NCBI GenBank assembly: GCA_021786945.1
Contig: JAJYMK010000003.1
Location: forward strand, 457,471 to 521,470
Length of the DNA: 64,000 nucleotides
From: a bacterium
GTDB lineage: Bacteria > Patescibacteriota > Minisyncoccia > UBA6257 > 02-FULL-45-10c
Direction: 5' to 3'
The notes beneath the pieces were generated by a model, which saw only the letters and a list, made by a program, of their open reading frames with translations, was not told where the DNA came from and searched no databases. Position 1 is the stretch's first letter. The number at the start of each line of letters is the position of its first letter. Shown here piece by piece: positions 29,636 through 38,388 of the stretch. The translations under genes and the position numbers were made by a program.

Positions 29636-30055
29636 TTAAATAATAATAATCAATGCGCCGGCTACCATTAAAACCGCGCCGATAACTACCTTCCAGCTCA
29701 TAGCCTCACCTAAAAATAAAGCTGATAGGATAATAACTAAGACAAAACTCAATCTGTCTACAACCGCCACCCTGCTAGCCAAGCCGTACTTTAAAGCCAA
29801 AAAATAAAATAGATAAGAAACGGCTCCGGCTAATCCTGAAAGAATTATAAATATCCAGTCCTTCGTATAAAAACTAACTAAAGAAAGTCCTTCAAATTTT
29901 TTAAGGAAAAAACTGGTGGTAGCAAAAAATAAGAACATTATTAACGTCCTCATAGTTGTTGCCAGGGTGGTGTCCACTCCGCCAAGGCCTATCTTGGCAA
30001 ATATAGCCACCAAAGCCGCCGAAACTGCCGAGAATAAAGCATAAATTAACCACAT
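29636..30055 (-). CDS. EamA/DMT family transporter
   Basis: hydrophobic; AIFAKIG, YFLAL, LFLGE. Confidence 0.85.
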   Translation of the reverse strand: MWLIYALFSAVSAALVAIFAKIGLGGVDTTLATTMRTLIMFLFFATTSFFLKKFEGLSLVSFYTKDWIFIILSGLAGAVSYLFYFLALKYGLASRVAVVDRLSFVLVIILSALFLGEAMSWKVVIGAVLMVAGALIIII

Positions 30056-30076
30056 AAATTTAAATGAGATTTAATT

Positions 30077-30688
30077 TTATTTTGACTCTCCTTCAAAATT
30101 TTGAGCCACTTCGCCAAATTTCATGGTCACGGGATCGAGTTTAAGCCAAATACTCTTACCCAATGAAGGTTGTATTGAAAATGGCTCTCCCGGCATGCGA
30201 ACAGCATAATTAACAACAATAACATTTTGTCTATTGGTTCCCAAAGCTGTTTTTCCGCTATCTATTTCTGTGGTCTGGGGAGCTATTCTATCTCCAAGGA
30301 AAAAACCTTCAGAGCCGGCATATCCGTTAACGGTATTCAAGGCCGCAACTACATAATAAAACGTTCCCGTTCCTCCAGTTTGCTGCGTCAATAAAAATGC
30401 AATATCCTCTCTTCCGTCACCATTAAAATCAGCTCTTACTTCATTGCCAAAATACCTTGTAATTATTTTGGAGGCCGAGCCAGGAGCCGCCGGAATTTCC
30501 GATAAACCATTTTTTAAAGTAACTTTAGATCCATCGATCGTATAAGTTGCATTCAAATAACTAAATCCTGTTTCAGAATTCGAGTTAGTACTATTTTTTG
30601 CAAAATAGAATTTATAAACGGCGAAACCTAAGATAGCCAGCAAAATAATACCCAATACAATTCCCAAAACAGTAGGCATTTTCTTCAT
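30077..30688 (-). CDS. membrane-anchored hypothetical protein
   Basis: N-terminal TM, DFNGDGRED, GGTGTFYY, LGDRI. Confidence 0.7.
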   Translation of the reverse strand: MKKMPTVLGIVLGIILLAILGFAVYKFYFAKNSTNSNSETGFSYLNATYTIDGSKVTLKNGLSEIPAAPGSASKIITRYFGNEVRADFNGDGREDIAFLLTQQTGGTGTFYYVVAALNTVNGYAGSEGFFLGDRIAPQTTEIDSGKTALGTNRQNVIVVNYAVRMPGEPFSIQPSLGKSIWLKLDPVTMKFGEVAQNFEGESK

Positions 30689-30715
30689 AAGATTATTATA
30701 TCTTAAAAAGAAATT

Positions 30716-31027
30716 TTACAGAATAAATCTGACGATAAAAACCGATAATGTTATAAGAGCCAGGGATAAAATCGTATAAACAAATACCAAAATGCTTTCT
30801 TTTTTTAATCCCTCCAAATAAAAATAAACGGATCTTCCGAAAACCAGCGTTCCGGTAACCGCAGCGGAAATAACCAATAACATCAGCGTCATCACCGGCT
30901 GCCACAAACTAAAATTTTTACCTATCCATTTATCCGTATTAAACAAAACCCAAACAATTCCTGAGGTATAAACAAACACCCCGATCGACTGGACCAATGC
31001 ATACAATACTAATTTTGAATTTTTCAT
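30716..31027 (-). CDS. membrane protein
   Basis: three hydrophobic segments; start ATG 31027. Confidence 0.65.
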   Translation of the reverse strand: MKNSKLVLYALVQSIGVFVYTSGIVWVLFNTDKWIGKNFSLWQPVMTLMLLVISAAVTGTLVFGRSVYFYLEGLKKESILVFVYTILSLALITLSVFIVRFIL

Positions 31028-31116
31028 ATATACAAAAACCAAAAAGAAAACCCCAAAGTTTCTTTTAATTAAAATTAGTAATCAATCCAAGCTAAAATTT
31101 ATTTTTATCAAAAAAT

Positions 31117-31578
31117 CTATTGCATCTTTTCCCATCCAATCACCGGGTGAATCTCCCACCAATTATGCGGCTCATCAAATCTAGAAATACCCCAAATTCT
31201 TATTTTTTCTCCAACGGCTGGCAAATTCAAAGATTTTATCTCTGGTATAAATTCGGTAACTAGCGCGGAACCAATATTGCTTTTAACAACAACATGGGCA
31301 TCGCCGTCCGGTTCGGCTGTAACTATTTCGACAATACCCTCAACCGCAACTTTTGTTTTTTTACTTCCATTTTCAATAAAATCAACAATATCTACATCGT
31401 GATAAAGCAGATCTTGCTCTATTCCAACCCCCTTATTCAGAAAAAAAACTGAAGGGTCGGACAAAAAACTTGGAAATGCGGCCCTTGGATTTAAAGTCTT
31501 ATTTCTTGCATATATACCGATGCCAATACCCGCTACAAATACAATAATAACTATAAAAATATAAACTATTTTTTTCAT
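31117..31578 (-). CDS. exported protein, possible OB fold
   Basis: N-terminal TM; EPDGDxH and WEIHPV motifs. Confidence 0.6.
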   Translation of the reverse strand: MKKIVYIFIVIIVFVAGIGIGIYARNKTLNPRAAFPSFLSDPSVFFLNKGVGIEQDLLYHDVDIVDFIENGSKKTKVAVEGIVEIVTAEPDGDAHVVVKSNIGSALVTEFIPEIKSLNLPAVGEKIRIWGISRFDEPHNWWEIHPVIGWEKMQ

Positions 31579-31633
31579 AGTTTAATTATAAGATATTTAC
31601 AAAAAAATTTTATAATATATAAACGAATAACGG

Positions 31634-31705
31634 GGTGCCTAACGGGAATCGAACCCGTGTAACCGCTTCCACAGAGCGGGGCTCTACCATTGAGCTATAG
31701 GCACC
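31634..31705 (-). tRNA. tRNA-His (GTG)
   Basis: cloverleaf, anticodon arm CCGCT-CTGTGGA-AGCGG, encoded G-1 and C73. Confidence 0.95.
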
Positions 31706-31808
31706 ATATCAAGCAACCTGCCAATTGCTGTTTTAAATAATACCAAAAAAAATCATTTTTACAAATAAAAAGCCCCCGTTGTTACAGGGGCTTTGGCCAA
31801 CAAGCTAT

Positions 31809-32354
31809 TTAAAGCGGGTTGGCGGAGGAAAACAGCTCGAACGCCTTTTTAGTATCCAGGCGGCCGGAACCCAGAAAAAGATCCTTAAAGAAAGCGCCCA
31901 GCCTCTTCTGTTCGGCGTTGCTGAAATAAGCCAACGACGAAAACTTCAGAGGAAAGAGCTTGGATTTTTCTTCCAGGACTCTGTACTTACACTCGTCTTC
32001 GTTGCAGCAGGTAAAACGGTGGCCATAAGAACAGCCGCCATAGCTGTAACGGACGGAAAACATCTCCACTTTCTTGCGCTCTCCGTCATACGAGCAGTAA
32101 GGACACTCTTCGGAACTCTTAATGAACTCACCGGCCCTCATCACCCAAGCCAGGTGCAGATGCAACCTGTTGGGCAAAGAACCGGAAGCCATATTTTTAT
32201 CCGCTATATTCTTCAGATAGACCAGATATCCGTGATCCGCAAACATCAGCGCCTCTACGGACTGGCCGGCTTTTTTTCCGGACTTAAACATATACGGCCC
32301 GGACAACTCATAAGGAAAATTGCTTCCTTTTATCACTACGTTTACCAGAGCCAT
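31809..32354 (-). CDS. hypothetical protein with Cys motifs (possible Zn binding)
   Basis: CPYC...CCxxxxC; GAGGAGG SD; GC-richer. Confidence 0.65.
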   Translation of the reverse strand: MALVNVVIKGSNFPYELSGPYMFKSGKKAGQSVEALMFADHGYLVYLKNIADKNMASGSLPNRLHLHLAWVMRAGEFIKSSEECPYCSYDGERKKVEMFSVRYSYGGCSYGHRFTCCNEDECKYRVLEEKSKLFPLKFSSLAYFSNAEQKRLGAFFKDLFLGSGRLDTKKAFELFSSANPL

Positions 32355-32493
32355 TTAAGGCCTCCTCGATTCCTAGATTTTCAAACAACAATGAAAATAT
32401 AATGATATAAAAATGCCTAAAAGTCAATGGTAATTTTTAAAAAATAAAAACGCCTTGCGGCGAATCTATAGTGTTTACCACGAGCTTTTCGAA

Positions 32494-32568
32494 TGGTGCC
32501 TGGGGGGTGAATTGAACACCCGACGCCAGCCTCTTCAGGGCTGCGCTCTACCACTGAGCTACCCAGGC
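32494..32568 (-). tRNA. tRNA-Phe (GAA)
   Basis: cloverleaf, CAGCC-CTGAAGA-GGCTG, encoded CCA. Confidence 0.95.
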
Positions 32569-32668
32569 ATTATTTAGTTTTACTGCTTAATAATAACAAA
32601 ATAAAAATATTTTTCAATAATAAATAAAAAAGCGGCTGATTAACAGCCGCTTTATTTTTTAAAAACAT

Positions 32669-33049
32669 TTAGGATTTGTTAGGTTTTTTCAATCCGTGCG
32701 CTTTTACGTAAGCGTCGAATTTCTTGCGCCTTTCTATTTCGGCATCGCGATCTTCGATGTCTTGTTTTCGGCAGTACAGCCCGCCGCCAAGATGGGTCCA
32801 GCCATCCCGTTCATTCGGATCTTTTTTATCTTTCTGATATTCCCCTAAAAATTCCTTCCGGATGCTCCGAATAGCCAAACGGCCTAAGACCGAAAGAAAA
32901 AGCCCGACGCACAGAAGAGCGGAAGCTAAATAAGGATGAAGCAGTGACACTCCTGTAAATACAGAAATTACGATGCTTATAGCCCCGACAGCCATCATCA
33001 AAAGGCCATAAATGAAAGCCTTTCTAGCTCTTTCAAATGCAGTAAACAT
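32669..33049 (-). CDS. hypothetical membrane protein
   Basis: two TMs; AGGAGG SD before ATG 33049. Confidence 0.65.
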   Translation of the reverse strand: MFTAFERARKAFIYGLLMMAVGAISIVISVFTGVSLLHPYLASALLCVGLFLSVLGRLAIRSIRKEFLGEYQKDKKDPNERDGWTHLGGGLYCRKQDIEDRDAEIERRKKFDAYVKAHGLKKPNKS

Positions 33050-33158
33050 TTTTATCCTCCTAATAATTTTCAATATAAGACTAACAACGTTCTAAACAAA
33101 ACCTACCACTAGTAGATAAAAAGTCAACCGAAAACAAATATCGGATAATATATAAATG

Positions 33159-33230
33159 TGTCCCCGCAAGGAATCGAACCTTGATATCCAGCTTAGAAGG
33201 CTAGTGTTCTATCCATTGAACTACGGGGAC
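33159..33230 (-). tRNA. tRNA-Arg (TCT)
   Basis: cloverleaf, CTAGC-CTTCTAA-GCTGG. Confidence 0.95.
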
Positions 33231-33353
33231 AGAGTATGTATAGAAGATAATAATCCAAAAATGAATCTATTTCAACAATAATTACACAGAATAAAAAAAT
33301 GAAACTGTTGAAAATACACTAAAAATAGAATAAACTATTTCTAGTTTAAAAAA

Positions 33354-33424
33354 CGGAGTGTCGTATAACGGCAGTATGCATGCTTTGGGAGCATGCGGCC
33401 TGGGTTCAATTCCCAGCACTCCGA
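33354..33424 (+). tRNA. tRNA-Pro (TGG)
   Basis: cloverleaf, CATGC-TTTGGGA-GCATG, CGG...CCGA acceptor stem. Confidence 0.95.
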
Positions 33425-33566
33425 CAAAAATTTTTCTTATAAAAAATAAAACCGGTTTTCATGGGCTTGATTTTTTTTAGCGATATGCTATTATAGCAAC
33501 TCGCTGTTTAACAACTCCGACTGCGCCCTAAGCGCTGCCGGAAATATAAAAGGACGAGGAGAAAGC

Positions 33567-33920
33567 ATGAACAAAACCACGAAAACTGCGGTACTGGTGA
33601 TAGACACGGACACGACGATCAACGAGGACATCCTCAACGTGATCAGGACCAACCACGGCACGAACACGCGCATCAAGACGGTGCGCTCGGCCAAAGCGTT
33701 CGCGACCCCCTACGGGTTCACGAACCTGGTCCAGCAGTACACCACCGGGCGCAACACTACCGTGTACGCCCTCAAGACCGATCTGAAGGGTCCGGCCCTG
33801 AAGGCGGCGATGCAGACGGGCATCAAGTTCAACCTCCTGTTCAGGAACAGGAGCAGGAACTGGAACTCGGTCAGCGCCCGCCAGATCACGGCCTCCAGCC
33901 CGCGGCCGAAGTATAGCTAA
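33567..33920 (+). CDS. small basic hypothetical protein, paralog A
   Basis: GAGGAG SD, strong C/G third-position bias; shares HGTNTRI..VRS...F.T..GFT.L.QQ, TVYA, TG..F and WN with 34169-34495. Confidence 0.75.
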   Translation: MNKTTKTAVLVIDTDTTINEDILNVIRTNHGTNTRIKTVRSAKAFATPYGFTNLVQQYTTGRNTTVYALKTDLKGPALKAAMQTGIKFNLLFRNRSRNWNSVSARQITASSPRPKYS

Positions 33921-33927
33921 GCCGCGC

Positions 33928-34072
33928 AAGCAGCCGCAGAGCAGAGAGAGACAATGCGGAAAAGCCTATGAAGCCCGACAAAATAGTGGCTAAGTAGGTC
34001 GGCTACGGAGCCGAAGTGTAGTAAGCCCCGCATCATCCAACAAAACACGGATGGTGCGGGGCCTTTTTTTAT
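33928..34072 (+). repeat. 145-nt structured repeat copy 1 (candidate ncRNA/3' element ending in a terminator)
   Basis: 143/145 identical to 34570-34714. Confidence 0.85.
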
Positions 34073-34168
34073 TTTTAAATAACTTGACTTTTATAAAAAC
34101 TATGCTAATATATTTTCTACCGTTTTAAAAAACGGTTCGGTACTTTAAAAAACAGGAGAAGTTATTTA

Positions 34169-34495
34169 ATGAACAACAAAAAGACTGTGGTTCTGGCGAC
34201 GAAGAGCGGCAACGTGGACAATGCGGTAATACGCATCATCAAGTCCAAACACGGGACTAACACGAGAATACGCTTCGTGCGGTCCAGCAGGGTTTTCAAC
34301 ACGGACTCGGGTTTCACTACCCTGATCCAGCAGAATCGCAATACCGCTACGGTGTACGCGATCCGCGAAGAACTGCCCCGCAACTCCTTCGAAACCGCGG
34401 TGAAAACCGGCCTGGCTTTCTGCATCCTGAACAAGGACGCAAACAAGGGCTGGAACATCTTCCACCGCCGCGAAAATAACGGCCTCGCCCAGTAA
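34169..34495 (+). CDS. small basic hypothetical protein, paralog B
   Basis: own TTGACT/TAATAT promoter and AGGAG SD; motifs shared with paralog A. Confidence 0.75.
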   Translation: MNNKKTVVLATKSGNVDNAVIRIIKSKHGTNTRIRFVRSSRVFNTDSGFTTLIQQNRNTATVYAIREELPRNSFETAVKTGLAFCILNKDANKGWNIFHRRENNGLAQ

Positions 34496-34569
34496 GTAAA
34501 CCAGGCCGATAGCGGCACGCAGCGTAGTTGCAGCGAAAGAAAAAGCAGCAAAAACGCAGTGAAAGAGAA

Positions 34570-34714
34570 AAGCAGCCGCAGAGCAGAGAGAGACAATGCG
34601 GAAAAGCCTATGAAGCCCGACAAAATAGTGGCTAAGTAGGTCGGCTACGGAGCCGCAGTGTAGTACGCCCCGCATCATCCAACAAAACACGGATGGTGCG
34701 GGGCCTTTTTTTAT
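34570..34714 (+). repeat. 145-nt structured repeat copy 2
   Basis: 143/145 identical to 33928-34072. Confidence 0.85.
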
Positions 34715-34868
34715 CCCACGTATAAGTTTTATATGAGGGATTTATTTATTTCAGATTGACAAAATCAAAAAAATAAGTATAATTATTACCATATTTGTTG
34801 CTCTGCACCAAAGTAATAGCCACTTAACAAATAAATAAAAGCTGTTTGTAATCAAGGAGAAAAGTATC

Positions 34869-35123
34869 ATGTCTAAATTAGCTGTTATCGTCGGTACGAG
34901 CGAAGTAACCCGCGATCCGCTCGAACTTCTTATCGAAAAAGAGGAAAGGGTTAAAAGAGACAAAAAGGACGAAGAAAGCGATAATAAAGGAGAAGTCAAA
35001 GTTTCTGCGCCCTGCCTCGTATTAATTCCCAACTCTTTCAAAGAGGCCTGCGAAGATCCGTGCGAGATTCTGATAGCTCTGTCGGATCCCGAGGAAGTTC
35101 TGCGCCAGGCGTTAATAAACTAA
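34869..35123 (+). CDS. hypothetical protein (acidic, 84 aa)
   Basis: TTGACA/TATAAT promoter and AAGGAG SD upstream. Confidence 0.6.
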   Translation: MSKLAVIVGTSEVTRDPLELLIEKEERVKRDKKDEESDNKGEVKVSAPCLVLIPNSFKEACEDPCEILIALSDPEEVLRQALIN

Positions 35124-35210
35124 ACCAGCGCAATTCAGCCAATGACATCGTGGACTTAAAGGAGGTCCGCAAAAAACAAAAGCCCCGCTATAAAAGCGGG
35201 GCTTTAACTT

Positions 35211-35810
35211 TTAATTTATCGCACTATCAAACTCTCTAAGTTTCTGATTAAACGAGTCATTTAAAGAATTTATATCATCGCCTTCCCTGTTCATATTGTT
35301 TATAAATATCTGAACGTTATCACCGTCATAATTTTTATCACCCTCGAATTTCATCTTTAGTACCTTCAACAAACCCTCAAAATAAGCATTGTAATTCAAT
35401 AGATGGTTTATTAAAGAAACTTCCTGAGAAACAGCATCAAAAGCCAAACTCTTAGCCGTTGCTGGTTTTATACCCTGCACCGCCTGGGCCATTTTCCCCA
35501 ATTTATCGGAAAGTTCCAAGGCTTTATTTTTTGCATTCTCTATATTTTTAGTTTCTTCTTCAACTAGATTCAATGCGCTGGAAAATCTTCCGGCTTTATC
35601 CTCTTCGGATATTTTATCCAAATTTTTAACTGAAGCATCTAAAATAACAACTAAATCTGAAGCCAAAACAGAGCTCTGACTTCTGGCGTCCTTGAAATTA
35701 TCGGGAACAAAAGATCTTGAAGCGGAAAAATAAAATACTATTCCGGCCAAAACCAGGGCCAAAATAATCCACATTATTACCAATCCGGAAACCGAGGATC
35801 TTGTTTTCAT
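35211..35810 (-). CDS. membrane-anchored helical hypothetical protein
   Basis: N-terminal TM then coiled coil; start ATG 35810. Confidence 0.7.
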   Translation of the reverse strand: MKTRSSVSGLVIMWIILALVLAGIVFYFSASRSFVPDNFKDARSQSSVLASDLVVILDASVKNLDKISEEDKAGRFSSALNLVEEETKNIENAKNKALELSDKLGKMAQAVQGIKPATAKSLAFDAVSQEVSLINHLLNYNAYFEGLLKVLKMKFEGDKNYDGDNVQIFINNMNREGDDINSLNDSFNQKLREFDSAIN

Positions 35811-35882
35811 AATAGATTTTATTATAATAGAATAGTTGAAATAATACAAAACCTATGCCTACCATTTAGAAATAGGTTTTAA

Positions 35883-35953
35883 GCGGGTATCGTATACCGG
35901 TATTACCTCAGCTTTCCAAGCTGATGAAAGGGGTTCGACTCCCCTTACCCGCT
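35883..35953 (+). tRNA. tRNA-Gly (TCC)
   Basis: cloverleaf, TCAGC-TTTCCAA-GCTGA, U73. Confidence 0.95.
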
Positions 35954-36048
35954 CAAACAACCGCCTCAATACAATAAATACCTTATAATATAAAGTAAGG
36001 ATAGAGACCTGTTTTTAAGAAACTAAAAGCCCGCTTATTCGTTTTATT

Positions 36049-36600
36049 ATGTTAGAGAACGAGAAAAAATACATAGAAGATGCTAAAGCCGGAAATCAAG
36101 AGGCTTTCGGAATTATTTACAATCACTATATTGCTCAAATATATAGATTTGTTTTGTTTAAGGTTTCCGGAAAGCAAATAGCCCAAGATCTTACCCATGA
36201 AACGTTCTTGAGTGCCTGGCAAAATATAAAAAATTATAAACATAAAGAATTTCCGATATCCAGCTGGCTTTACCAGATTGCCAGAAACAAAGTTATAGAT
36301 TATTACAGGACAAATAAGAAAAATATTTCCATAGATACAGAGGAATTTGATGAAAGCTCATTGGGATTTGAAGAACAGAAAAACCTAGATGGGCCGATGA
36401 ACTTAGAAAAAATAAAATCTCTGATAACCTACCTGAAGCCGGAATATCAAGATGTAATAATTATGAGATATGTAGAAGACTTGGATCATGGAGAAATAGC
36501 CCATGCTATGAAAAAAAGCGAAGGGGCGGTAAGGCTTCTACAACATAGAGCAATAAAAAATTTAAAGGAATTATATGAAAAATATAGAGGAAATAATTAG
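36049..36600 (+). CDS. ECF RNA polymerase sigma factor
   Basis: AQDLTHETF, SWLYQIARNKVIDYYR, EIAHAMKKSEGAVRLLQHRA. Confidence 0.92.
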   Translation: MLENEKKYIEDAKAGNQEAFGIIYNHYIAQIYRFVLFKVSGKQIAQDLTHETFLSAWQNIKNYKHKEFPISSWLYQIARNKVIDYYRTNKKNISIDTEEFDESSLGFEEQKNLDGPMNLEKIKSLITYLKPEYQDVIIMRYVEDLDHGEIAHAMKKSEGAVRLLQHRAIKNLKELYEKYRGNN

Positions 36601-37060
36601 ACAACTAAAGAAGACTGAACCGGAAAAGGAATATACTGTTAATTCCCTTAATTTGATTTTAGCTAATCCGCAAAATCCAAAAAACAAATTTACCTTCAGC
36701 TTAGCCGATATATTAAAATACAGTGTTGCGATGGGCTTAACCGGTATTTTGATTATTTTTTCCTTAAGCGATGCTTTTTTGGGACTGAATGCAAAAATTC
36801 TTTCGCCTATTCTTCTTTCCAGCTTAGATGAACAAAAACTCAAAAACGAAGCTAGCCAGGTTGATATAAAAATATCAATTTCCGAAGCCAAATATTATAA
36901 TGACTCAATAAATAAAGTTGCCGTAGCTTTAAATGAGACGGCCCAAAACGGTCCAGATCATTTAAATTCGGCTATTATACAAAAAGAAATCCAGGGCTTG
37001 GATATAAATAATCAAAACGACAAAAATATAGATGATTTATTAAATAAATTAACCTTATAA
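36575..37060 (+). CDS. putative anti-sigma-like membrane protein
   Basis: overlaps the 3' end of the ECF sigma gene, single TM; function inferred from position. Confidence 0.55.
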   Translation: MKNIEEIIRQLKKTEPEKEYTVNSLNLILANPQNPKNKFTFSLADILKYSVAMGLTGILIIFSLSDAFLGLNAKILSPILLSSLDEQKLKNEASQVDIKISISEAKYYNDSINKVAVALNETAQNGPDHLNSAIIQKEIQGLDINNQNDKNIDDLLNKLTL

Positions 37061-37061
37061 T

Positions 37062-37979
37062 ATGAAAAAGAAATCAAAAATATTTTCAGCAATAATAATC
37101 GCGCTTGTTATAGTTGGTTTAACAATGCCTCTTTTGAATATCTTTGCTCAAGAAAATTTACAAGCTCCATTAAAAGAAGTATCCAATAAAGTTGAAGAGC
37201 TTATAGAGCTTAAAGATGACAATACCCTCTCCGATCAAGAAAAGGAACAAAAAGAAATCCAGGTAAGAAAAGAAGCATTGGAAAAAATCCTAGATCTGTC
37301 GTTGATAGAAACAAAAAATTTAACGGACAAATTAAATTCTCTTGAACTTTCATCCGATGATCAAATTGCGATAAAAGAAAAATTTATAGAAATTCTTAGT
37401 AACAACACACAATTTTCGACTGATTTAAAATCAAAAATAAATCAAGATTCTATTAATTTAGAAGGAATAAAGGCTATGGCTCAGGAATATAAAGACTGGA
37501 GAGAAGTGAATTACAATCCGTACATTAAAAAAATAACTGTTTTTATTCTCACGTTCCAAGAAAAACAAGTTTTGAAAACCGCCAACACCCGTCTCGACAA
37601 AATAATGTCTGATATAAAAAAACTTGAAGATTTGAAAATTATAAAAAAAGACGATACGTTAAAATTTATAACAAATTCTACCAAAAACCTCAGTGATGCC
37701 CAGATACTAAATAATGACGCCGAAACAAAAATAGTTTCTATAATCAAAAAAGAGATTATTGAAGCGGCCTCTACCACACCGGAAACGGTAATGGCGGTAT
37801 CCTCCCTTACTATTCAATCTACTCCATCTCCAGAAATAGCCACATCCACGATAAAAACAATATCAGATGAAGAAAGTGCCCAATCTCTTGTAGAAAATTC
37901 ATTGCAAGAAATAAAAAACGCCTACACCAACTTTATAAATATAAGTGTATTGGTAAGCCAAAAACTTAAAATAAAATAA
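37062..37979 (+). CDS. exported coiled-coil protein
   Basis: signal peptide, helical K/E-rich sequence. Confidence 0.7.
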   Translation: MKKKSKIFSAIIIALVIVGLTMPLLNIFAQENLQAPLKEVSNKVEELIELKDDNTLSDQEKEQKEIQVRKEALEKILDLSLIETKNLTDKLNSLELSSDDQIAIKEKFIEILSNNTQFSTDLKSKINQDSINLEGIKAMAQEYKDWREVNYNPYIKKITVFILTFQEKQVLKTANTRLDKIMSDIKKLEDLKIIKKDDTLKFITNSTKNLSDAQILNNDAETKIVSIIKKEIIEAASTTPETVMAVSSLTIQSTPSPEIATSTIKTISDEESAQSLVENSLQEIKNAYTNFINISVLVSQKLKIK

Positions 37980-38040
37980 TCAGTAAAAATTAAAACCCCC
38001 TTTTAAAGGGGGTTTTAATATTTTTAAAAATATCAAAAAC

Positions 38041-38316
38041 TTATTTAACAGCTTCTTTCAAAGCTTTAGCAGCTCTGAATTTTGGCTTTATAGAAGCCTT
38101 AATCTGGATCTTTTCTCCTGTCTTAGGATTAATACCAGTTCTGGCAGCACTTTTGGCAGTTTTAAAAATACCAAATCCAGCAACCGCGACTTCTTCTCCT
38201 CGGCTCAAAGCCTTTGTAATAGCTTCAAAAACCGATTCAACAGCAATAGAAGCCTGCTTTTTTGTAGAAGTCTCAGCAGCTTTCATTACTACCTCAACCA
38301 AATCTTCTTTTTTCAT
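38041..38316 (-). CDS. hup: DNA-binding protein HU
   Basis: GFGIF, ARTGINPKTGEKIQI, PKFRAAKALKEAV. Confidence 0.96.
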   Translation of the reverse strand: MKKEDLVEVVMKAAETSTKKQASIAVESVFEAITKALSRGEEVAVAGFGIFKTAKSAARTGINPKTGEKIQIKASIKPKFRAAKALKEAVK

Positions 38317-38388
38317 AAAATATTTTTAAGAAAATAATCGACCTTTTAACTAACTTTATAAATTATAACAAATCAAAAAAATAAAATC

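Noticed and set aside
33928-34714. 145-nt repeat as a CRISPR array or attL/attR pair
   Set aside because: Only two copies, far longer than CRISPR repeats, and no match to the adjacent tRNA 3' end.
33491-35041. Antisense ORFs 33491-33694, 33528-33929, 34162-34623, 34166-34690, 34751-35041
   Set aside because: Shadow ORFs of GC-rich genes; SDs, promoters, terminators and paralog conservation all support the + strand.
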